Positions 1 through 9,543 of a stretch of DNA of 64,000 bases are shown in pieces; positions within the stretch are counted from its first letter, which is position 1, and each line of letters begins with the position of its first letter. The stretch is taken from positions 21,365,455 through 21,429,454 of the forward strand of contig OZ316897.1 of NCBI GenBank assembly GCA_973895155.1, written 5' to 3'. This DNA comes from Marsupella aquatica. Lineage: Eukaryota > Plantae > Marchantiophyta. Position numbers and translations under genes: made by a program. A model generated the notes under the pieces. That model worked only from the letters and a program-made list of their open reading frames with translations. It was not told the origin of the DNA and made no database searches.

Positions 1-30
1 GGATCTGGATTTGAAACCAGCCACAGGTGT

Positions 31-3000
31 TGTGATGCCTAGACAGGAATCACTCGGCCGGTTAAGTGGGTAAAGCAGGAAGGCACCCTAGGAACACCTT
101 AGTATAGTGACAAAACAAGGAAAATATAAACAATTAGGGGCAACCATGGAACCCGGGCAGAGGCCGGAGGTAAGGCTGAGGGTGAAAACCCGATTAGGGT
201 TAGGGCGCGTTAAGCGTCGGCGGCTAGGAAGGATCAACGGGAAGAAGGACCGGCAGAGGAGAGGGGTAAGGAGCGCTTGCAGGAGATGGTGGCTCATTTG
301 CGAGCACGAACTAGGCAGACGACTACGGGAGGCCAACTACTGTCAGCTGCTTAGGCAAGCACTCGGGGAGAGAGTAGATACCGACGATCGACCTAAGGAG
401 GGTATGAGCAACGTCAATCAAGCGGCACATTTCTGGGGATGCCTGTTCGAACGGGCAACTGAGTACATCAAGACTTACGAGGACGAGGAGTCAGAAAGGG
501 CAGCTCGAGAACGGCAGGAGCTCGCTCGATTGTGGGAGCTGCACAAGACGGCTTTCTTAGGAGGCGAACTCATCAAGGACGAGTTCCTGTGGACGCCTAC
601 TTCCAATCAACTCGACGATCTTCTGTTTTGCAAAGACAGCGTCGTCGGCATCCGAGAGGCCATCAAGAACTGCAACGACATACACTGGGAATTAAAGGGT
701 AGCACGGAAAGGTGGACCCAGGCAACAGTGCTAGGAGAAACCTCCACGGCAGCAGAGATGAAGAGGAAGGGAGCCGTCAACGATGAAGCCACCCCGGCAA
801 AAAGAACGAGGTCGGCGGCACCAAAGAAGCCAACCGAGCAGCAGAGCAGGAGGCAGGGAGAAGCCAAAGAGGAGGAGGTCGATCCCATCAAGGCCATTCC
901 AACCAGGGATGACACCTGGAAGGGCTGGGCGGCAACCCTACCGGTGGAGGTGCAACTACATTTTGCACGGGAGGAGGATGCATGCTTTACGGCCATGCAG
1001 ACCAAGAAGTACCAAGGCTTCATGGCCGGATCCGGCTTGGAGGCCTTTGTAAGATTACCATGGCTGAAGCCGGAGGTACCGGAGTCAGACCTATTAGAAT
1101 TCGTGGGGTCATGGGAACCCGAGACCAATTGCACGAGGATATATGGGAAGGATTTCTATCTTACTCCCAAGGTAACCAGACCCAAGCCGGGACTACAACG
1201 GGTACCTCCTCAACCAATTGAAGAAGATCTTAAAGGAGGAGCAGCAGGTAATCGGCATGGGGAGCGTGTCGCGGCTTGGCTATCACATGCCGCTGTTGTG
1301 CCGGTATGCCAGAGGACAGACTTTTGCCCCGGTACTTCCCCTGCAGGTAAGGGCACCCGAGGAAGCTCCAACGCCGAGGCCGTTGGCTGAGAAGCCTCAA
1401 CCACCTGTTAGTCCTACGATCGAGCAGGTGTTTAGGCCCAGGAAGGAAGACTTGCCGATGCAGCAACCAGGCATGCAGAGTCTGCTGAAACTACTGGAGA
1501 AAGAAAAGAAATCGGCATCGGCAACAACAACAACAACGGCAATGGCAACAATGCAGGACACTACTACAGAGGTAGGCCTACACCGGCTCACAAGAGAAAA
1601 CCCCTTTGCTGGAGACAAGGAGAGAATCAGGCCGGAATCCAAGCCAGGTGTTCGAATGTACGTGGGAACCTCAAGCTCCGAATCTGAGGCAGAATTGCCT
1701 GAAGCTCCTACCGACGAAGAGGAGAGGGAGAAGCCGGACGTCCAAGAGGTAGAGGAGGCAGTGGAGGACTGCAGCCATGATAATTCCGGCTATGGGTCGG
1801 ACCATCACGTTCCAGGAGTAAGGACCTGTGGCCGGTTTGTCCCCACACTTCCAAGGGTAGTGCGAGGGGACCCCAACCAGCAGAGTAGCCCTGAGTCTCC
1901 CCCACCAGATGTTGCTCCCCCGAGCTTTGACGGCATAAAACAGACGGTGCAGGAATTTCAGGAGCGAATCAAGCAGGAGGAAGAGGCCGCCCTGGCTAAG
2001 GAAAAGGATTTACCAGGAGGAGATTGGCCGGAGGACATCAGGCGGCTAGCCGAAAAAGGAAGCAAACCTCTAGCCACGATTGAAGAGATCCGCAGGACGG
2101 CTTGGGAGCAGAGGCCACGATGGGCGATGCCGATCACTTCTACTTACTCCACCTACGCTAAGAATAGAGCCATGGAGTATGGTGAGATGTGTGGGGAACT
2201 TGCGCTCGGCATCTTTGGAGAGGAGTTGGAGGTAGGACCCTTTTTCCATAGGGAGCAGTTGGAGAAGCACCAATTAGAAGAAGCGGTGGCTTTAGAGAGA
2301 AGCAAGAAGGACGAGGTCATTCGATGGCTTAGGAGGATGGGAGCCGAGATTGAAGATCTAAGGGCGGCCAAGAAAGCCCAAGATGAACTGCGGATTAAAC
2401 GACATGAGCTGAACATCATGCAGGGGCAGTTGGACGCCGCGCAGGCTGATAATCAGAATATCAAGGATAAACTGACTCAGACGCAGGAAGAGTTGGCCGA
2501 CACGATCAAAGAGAGGGAAAAGTGGAAGCAAGAGCTGAAGAATACAGAGGAGGCCCACATAACAGCCAACAACCGGGCCATGGCGGAGACCCAAAGAAAG
2601 GAATGGGCGTTGAAAGGGGAGCTCGAGAAAATCCATGGAGCCCTTGAGCAGAAGGAGGTCGAGTTAGGGAAATCCTATCAAGGGATTATGGCGCAACAGC
2701 AGGAGCTTGCGTCCCTGACGGCCAGCTTCAAGGCCGACCTAAGGGAGAAGGACGAGAAGCTCGAACAGACTTACGCCAAGATGAACCAGATGGAGTCTGT
2801 CATCATTGCAGAGCTCGACAAGGAGCTAAGAGCAACCCCGGAGGAGAGGGCTACCTTGAAGAAGGAATTGGAGGAAGCCCACAGGGAGCAGGAGGAGGCC
2901 AAAAACGAGCTGGAGGGGGCACGTAAGGACCTGGATGAAACCCAAGAGGAGTTGGAGGAAATCACGAGGAAGATGGAGAACCTACAGCGGCGGGCCGACA

Positions 3001-4439
3001 ACCAAACAGAGCGGCTGAAGAAACAAGCCGCAGTATTTAAATGCTTAGCTGCAGCAGGTCCATCTCCCGTTGGGACAAACCAGTTACCAGGGGTGGTAAT
3101 TGCCGAAGGACAAGCCGCGTCAACTGCACCAGTGCTGGAAGTAAGTGGGAAGGGGAAGGGACCAGCTGCCGAGCCACCAACGAAGAAGAAGCGGAAACCT
3201 CCAGGGTCAAGGAGTAATACGACTTCACAGGCCGTGGTGATCAAGGAGGTAGACCCAGCACCGATCCCAGACAGGGTCACGGCTAAGGATCCAACTACCC
3301 TAGGGGAAGGGGAGGCCGAAGCCGTGGGAGTGGCTGAGGCCGAAGCCGTGGGTATTGCCGAGGCCGGTGTCGAGGCTGAAGCCGAAGGTGGACCCAGTCA
3401 GGCCGATGGAGAGTTGACTCGGTCAAGGGCAGGTAATCTGTCAGTAGGCGGGCCAACGGCAGTGGCTGAGGAGGAAGTGTTGGGGGCGTCCATTGAGGAT
3501 CCACCACCGGTGTCGTGACGGTGCAAGGGCGCCGTTCCTTTTAGGGAGGGCGGACGTGGAGGGAGGAGGCGTGAGTGGGCAGGGCGGGCGCGGATCTCCA
3601 CGTTTAGGATTAGGATCAGAACCAGGAGCGGCCCTGACACTTAGCTTAGTGGGATTGCGGTCCCACTGGTAGGAGCAACACTTGTGCTCCTGCCTTGCTG
3701 TACATAGGTAGATTCGGGCAAGTAGATTACTGTCAGGTAGATTAGGCTTACGATGCAAAGAATGGCGGATCCACTACCAGGATAAGTACCTGGGCAGCGG
3801 GGAGCTCAGGGCCTCTTCTTTAGCAAGTTTTTAGTTTGCACCAGCCGGGCTGGGATCAAGTAGTACGAGAAGCTCTCGGTTAGTCATACAGTGACCCTTG
3901 TGTATATTCATGTTTCCTCATGCCTAAGAGCTGAATAGAGTTGGCCTCACGGCTTAGTTCGCAGAACTTGTGTATGAGATGTACTGTTTGTATGGCAAGT
4001 GCATGGTATGACTCAGTCAGAATGAGTCATTTTGCTATTTGTGTGTCGCATTAACTTGTGTGAAGAGTGCCCACATCAACAGAAGGAAGGAAAGTAAGCA
4101 GGGGAGTGAGAGTTGGATGTGTCGAGCTGAGAGAGGTCTTAGCGGCTTAACCAAGCCTATTGGGGATCATTCCGGCGGCGGAATCCAAACATACCTAACA
4201 AGACGGAGGGGAAGACAGGGGAAGACAGGGGAAGGCCTATATTAGGCCGGCTACGTATCTCATGACCCGATGAAGGATCTGTCCAGTATATGTGTGTAAA
4301 ATGTTAATAGTAGTAGTAGAAGGTTAGCAGCGTCCCATGCCGCTAAGCCGCGGAAACGGCCTCGCCAAGCACGAAACCTGCGGGAATCGGCTTGAGCTGG
4401 GGGGTTTCTTGGGTTTAGGGAGCCATGGGACGCACCACA
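31..4439 (+). mobile_element. Ty3/gypsy LTR copy A (4,409 bp), 5' LTR of a truncated plus-strand element
   Basis: Starts TGTGATG (31) and ends CACCACA (4439), followed by a PBS and the gag start. It is the reverse complement of 12606-17038 apart from SNPs and one 24-bp repeat unit, and shares its 5' boundary with the LTR that follows the PPT at 6382. Confidence 0.92.
146..3518 (+). pseudogene. LTR-encoded long ORF, copy A (~1,200 aa when repaired), frameshifted by a net 233-bp deletion at ~1173
   Basis: ORFs 107..1390 and 1218..3518 join into one frame when the segment 5005-5239 of the 3' LTR copy is restored. Contains KRK..KRTR and PTKKKRKP basic motifs and a heptad-rich E/K/Q/L coiled coil (~2260-3050). 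Confidence 0.8.
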
Positions 4440-4443
4440 TTTT

Positions 4444-4461
4444 TGGCGCTAGATGGAGGGG
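4444..4461 (+). promoter_or_regulatory. Primer binding site (tRNA-Asn-like)
   Basis: TGGCGCTAGATGGAGGGG lies 4 nt after the LTR CA end. Its complement resembles the 3' end of plant tRNA-Asn(GUU) (..CCCUCCUUCUAGCG-CCA, recalled from memory) with one mismatch. Confidence 0.75.
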
Positions 4462-4508
4462 GCATTTCTTAAGCCGTGAGATATGAAGTTAGAACGGAAG
4501 CGTAGGTA

Positions 4509-4705
4509 ATGACTGACCTTACGCCGAGGGAAGAAAGAGTGATTCAACGGGAGAGAGCTCGACTGCAGTAGCTCACCGGGTGGCATGATACACAACGACT
4601 GAGAGGGGCAGAAAGAGCTGGTAGCTCCGAAACTGGAAGTGGCGTCGAAGAAGACATACCAGAAGAAGAGTCGGTAAGGAGAAGTGAGTCTCCAACCGAC
4701 ATGGG
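4509..4705 (+). pseudogene. 5' fragment of gypsy gag, truncated at the inversion junction
   Basis: Reverse complement of 12340-12536 (MTDLTPREERV...), with a CAG>TAG change at 4569. Confidence 0.9.
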
Positions 4706-4706
4706 T

Positions 4707-6267
4707 TGCCTGGTTGCTGCATCGGCAAGTCTTCCTTCCTGGGCCTAAACACCTGCTCGATCGTAGGACTAACAGGTGGTTGAGGCTTCTCAGCCAACGG
4801 CCTCGGCGTTGGAGCTTCCTCGGGTGCCCTTACCTGCAGGGGAAGTACCGGGGCAAAAGTCTGACCTCTGGCATACCGGCACAACAGCGGCATGTGATAG
4901 CCAAGCCGCGACACGCTCCCCATGCCGATTACCTGCTGCTCCTCCTTTAAGATCTTCTTCAATTGGTTGAGGAGGTACCCGTTGTAGTCCCGGCTTGGGT
5001 CTGGCCTTTCTGCCAGATAGACCTGTGCCTTGCCGATCTCTGCCCTCGGTAAGTTACAATGCATGGTCACCCGCAAGAAGTCGATCATCTCTCCTATGTG
5101 CGGGTTGGTGCAGGTGTTCCGGAAGAAGCCATTCTTTGTTGATGGCCCGGAGAACGACCGGAACTCCTTGTCAGGCAAGGTCTTCCTGGTATCAACTTTG
5201 GTCTTATTGCCCATCGGCAAGCCAAACACTTCGGCAATCACCTTGGGAGTAAGATAGAAATCCTTCCCATATATCCTCGTGCAATTGGTCTCGGGTTCCC
5301 ATGACCCCACGAATTCTAATAGGTCTGACTCCGGTACCTCCGGCTTCAGCCATGGTAATCTTACAAAGGCCTCCAAGCCGGATCCGGCCATGAAGCCTTG
5401 GTACTTCTTGGTCTGCATGGCCGTAAAGCATGCATCCTCCTCCCGTGCAAAATGTAGTTGCACCTCCACCGGTAGGGTTGCCGCCCAGCCCTTCCAGGTG
5501 TCATCCCTGGTTGGAATGGCCTTGATGGGATCGACCTCCTCCTCTTTGGCTTCTCCCTGCCTCCTGCTCTGCTGCTCGGTTGGCTTCTTTGGTGCCGCCG
5601 ACCTCGTTCTTTTTGCCGGGGTGGCTTCATCGTTGACGGCTCCCTTCCTCTTCATCTCTGCTGCCGTGGAGGTTTCTCCTAGCACTGTTGCCTGGGTCCA
5701 CCTTTCCGTGCTACCCTTTAATTCCCAGTGTATGTCGTTGCAGTTCTTGATGGCCTCTCGGATGCCGACGACGCTGTCTTTGCAAAACAGAAGATCGTCG
5801 AGTTGATTGGAAGTAGGCGTCCACAGGAACTCGTCCTTGATGAGTTCGCCTCCTAAGAAAGCCGTCTTGTGCAGCTCCCACAATCGAGCGAGCTCCTGCC
5901 ATTCTCGAGCTGCCCTTTCTGACTCCTCGTCCTCGTAAGTCTTGATGTACTCAGTTGCCCGTTCGAACAGGCATCCCCAGAAATGTGCCGCTTGATTGAC
6001 GTTGCTCATACCCTCCTTAGGTCGATCGTCGGTATCTACTCTCTCCCCGAGTGCTTGCCTAAGCAGCTGACAGTAGTTGGCCTCCCGTAGTCGTCTGCCT
6101 AGTTCGTGCTCGCAAATGAGCCACCATCTCCTGCAAGCGCTCCTTACCCCTCTCCTCTGCCGGTCCTTCTTCCCGTTGATCCTTCCTAGCCGCCGACGCT
6201 TAACGCGCCCTAACCCTAATCGGGTTTTCACCCTCAGCCTTACCTCCGGCCTCTGCCCGGGTTCCAT
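4707..6267 (-). pseudogene. Uninterrupted N-terminal ~520 codons of the LTR-encoded protein, cut at the junction
   Basis: ORF 4573..6306 reads through the region that is frameshifted in copies A and C. Segment FVRLPWLKP..LLEFVGSW..RIYGKDFYLTPKVIAEVFGLP resembles the 'putative plant transposon protein' domain of retroelement extra ORFs (recognised by eye only). Confidence 0.75.
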
Positions 6268-6382
6268 GGTTGCCCCTAATTGTTTATATTTTCCTTGTTT
6301 TGTCACTATACTAAGGTGTTCCTAGGGTGCCTTCCTGCTTTACCCACTTAACCGGCCGAGTGATTCCTGTCTAGGCATCACA
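4707..6382 (-). mobile_element. 3' LTR copy B, truncated after 1,676 bp; keeps the 235-bp segment missing in copies A and C
   Basis: Begins TGTGATG at 6382 immediately after the PPT. Matches 31-1473 plus the extra segment 5005-5239. Confidence 0.92.
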
Positions 6383-6396
6383 TAGCTCCCCACTTA
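6383..6396 (-). promoter_or_regulatory. Polypurine tract
   Basis: TAAGTGGGGAGCTA directly precedes the TG of the 3' LTR. Confidence 0.8.
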
Positions 6397-9300
6397 ATTG
6401 TGAAGCGTCCTCGCGAACAACTTCATCTTCGTCCATATAGTATTTCTTGAGGCGGTCATAATGGATGCGAACTGGATATACCTCTCCCGTAATGTTGGCC
6501 AATTGCACGGAGCCATTGGGGAACATCATGGTTACTCTAAAGGGTCCTAACCAGCGAGTGTAAAGCTTTCCTGGAAACCTACTATACCTATTGTCATAAA
6601 GTAGCACAAGATCATCGGTATGAATACTAACTACTTTTAACCTTTTATCATACTGCTGCTTCATGATATTCTGTCTATATTCTACTCTCTCGGCTGAAAT
6701 CATTCTCGCTTCCTCTAAAGCTTCTAACCTATATTCTCGCTCCTTTAGGCTCTCCTCCGCTGAGGCTCTTTCCTCAATTGTAACTTGAAATGTCGGTATC
6801 TCAAGTTGCATGGGTACCAGGGCTTCTTGTCCAAAGGTTAAGAAGAAGGGTGTATGACCGGTAGTGGATTTATAGGCAAGATTGTAAGCAAAAACAGCAG
6901 CAAACAATTTATCATCCCAATCGAGTTTGTTCTGAGCTACTGTCTTGTTCAATATCTTTCCTATGATCCCGTTTGCTCGTTCTGTCAACCCGTTTGCCTT
7001 TGGATGGTAGGGAGTAGTAGGCCTATGTTTAACTAAATACTGCTCATTTAAACGACTAATTATATCATTCAAAAAATGGGTTCCTCTATCACTAACTAAT
7101 TCTAGGGGTGCTCCATACCTGGTGAAGATCTGCTCATACATGAATCTAGCCGTAGTAATTGCATCATCCTTCGTTGTTGGTCTGGCCTCTACCCATTTAG
7201 TTGCATAATCCGTAGCCAAGATTATGTACTTGTTCCGTCGAGGGTGGGTCAGTGGTTTCAGAGGTCCAATGTAATCAATACCCCACTTCTCGAATGGTGC
7301 CAGAGGTAGAATAGGGTGCAGTGGATGCCTGGTGGACGCCCTTGGTCCTCCCGCTCGTTAACAAGGATCGCATTGTTTGATAAACTGATAGACATCTTTG
7401 TGCAAGGTGGGCCACCAGTAACCGGCATTTAATATCTTCTTAGACGTGGTTACTGGGGCAAAATGTCCTCCGGCCTCCTCTCCATGCATGGCCCGTAGGA
7501 CTCGTTTTACCTCTCTCTTTTCCAAACACCTTTGAATCGTGCCGTTGATTCCATGCTTGTGCAGTATGCCTTTAATGCACTGATACTGTCTGACCTTCCG
7601 CACAAAGACTGCGGCTTGCTCTCGGCTTAATCCTGGCTGTAATCTGGAAGTGCTGAGAAATTGTAAAATCTCAGGGTACCATGTACCAGCTATTTCCACA
7701 ACGAATAGCTCCTCGTCGGGGAATCGATCATCGATGCAATCCGTGGCAGGTTTACCTGTGATCCTTGAAAAGAAGTCGGCATTGGCATGTAACTTTCCCG
7801 GCTTGATCCTCAGCTCATAGTCAAACTCCTGTAATAGCAAAATCCATCTTGCTACTCTGCCTGTAAGGTCCGGCTTATTGACTAGGTACTTCAAACTTTC
7901 ATGATCAGTATGAAAGATTACCTTGTACCCTAGTAAATAATGCCTAAACTTTTTACAAGAATAAATGACTCCTAATGCTTCTCTTTCCGTGGTAGAGTAG
8001 TTCCGTTCGGCATCGGCAAGCTGACGGCTTGCGAAGTATATGGGATGGTCCCTTCCTTTCTCATCCAACTGACTTAGTACTGAGCCAATACAGAAGCCTG
8101 AGACATCTACAAAAACATGAAAATCTTTGTTCCAGTCCGGTGCTATCATGACTGGGGCCTCTACTAACATCTGCTTCAATTCTACCACCGCTGTGACTCG
8201 TTCGGGTGTGGGTTCGAAGTCTGCTCCTGCCTTGAGCATATTGGTTAATGGTAAAGCCAGCTTGGCAAAATCCTTGATGAACCGGCGATAGTAACCAATG
8301 CATCCCAAGAAGGATCTTACATCCTTTATGTTCTTAGGCTGCATGATATCTAGCCATACTGCTAGCTTACCTTTGTCAATCTCAATGCCCTTCCTTGATA
8401 CCTTGTGACCTAGTAGCACCCCCTCGGTTACTGCAAAAAAACATTTATCTGGATGTAACTTGAGACCCACCTCTCTACATCTCATGAAGGTTTTCCTGAG
8501 GTATTTAGCATGTTTCGATGCCTTCCCGAATACTGCAAAGTCATCAATGAAGATTTCCATGAACTTTCTCAAGTAATCATGAAAAATGTTCACCATTAAT
8601 CGTTGGAACATAGCTGGTGCGTTGCAGAGTCCAAACGGCATACGATTGAAGACATAGATCCCCCATTCCGTGATGAAGGCCGTCTTGATTTGGTCTTCCT
8701 GCCGAATCCTGATTTGGTTATAACCAGAGTATCCATCCATGAATGAATATAGTTCATGACTGGCTACCATGTCTAGTACCATATCAGTAAACGGTAAAGG
8801 AAAATGGTCTTTTAATGTTGCTTCATTCAGCTTCCTGTAATCCTGACAAACCCGGATCTTGGGTTTACCATCGGGTCCAGCTTTCTTGGGAACTATCACA
8901 ATTGGAGACACCCAGTCTGAATGCAGGACTGGAGTGATGAATCCAGCTTCCACTAGTTTGTCGATTTCTGTTTTGACCAGCAGGGAATACTTCGGGTTCA
9001 TCCTTCGAATTGGTTGTCGAAATGATTTGGCTCCTAACATGAGATCAATTCGATGTTCCCCTAGTGTTGGATCTACTCCCTTTAGATCTTGGTGACTCCA
9101 TGCAAACACATCCTGAAATTCAATCAATAAGTCACTGATCTCTTTCTCGAGCTCAGGTGCTAGGTTTCTCCCTAAGTTCAGTTCTCTTCCCTCTCCTAAG
9201 TTGAGCTTCCGATATTGCCGTGCTTGGATCATATTAATCTGCTTCTTCAAATTCGGGTCCAGTTCGGCTTCCAGTCTCTCTAATCTCATACCTCCATAAA

Positions 9301-9543
9301 CTGGGATCTCGGCTGGACTAGCCGAGTCGGTCCCTTCCTTGGTGTCCATAGATTGTCCCCTTACCGGTCTATTCGGTTTTGAATTAGTGGTCGGCTCCCC
9401 TTCCTGCCTTGGCTCTAGATCGTGTCTGTCCATCTCATCCACCTCTTGCTCTTGAGAGTTAGGCCGCTGTGCTCTCTCGGCTTCTAATAGGGCCTCAATT
9501 TGTTCTGCCCTCGTAATCGGCTTGTATGCCGATCTCTTGGTAT

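Noticed and set aside
194-205. TTAGGGTTAGGG as a telomeric repeat
   Set aside because: Only two units, inside the LTR. At most a telo-box-like promoter motif.
607-1134. 175-aa antisense ORF open in all three LTR copies, and similar antisense ORFs
   Set aside because: The copies are ~99% identical, so persistence is uninformative. These are expected shadows of a GC-rich sense ORF.
5005-5239. The missing segment as a spliced-out intron (AAG|GTGATT...AAAG|G)
   Set aside because: Exact GT-AG splicing would give CCCAAGGCCAGA, but copies A and C read CCCAAGGTAACCAGA, i.e. a deletion with filler bases. The segment is also in-frame coding sequence.
7358-7360. Stop-codon readthrough before the integrase core
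   Set aside because: It falls at the conserved CxxC-Q-R position, is a single CAA>TAA change and has no readthrough context.
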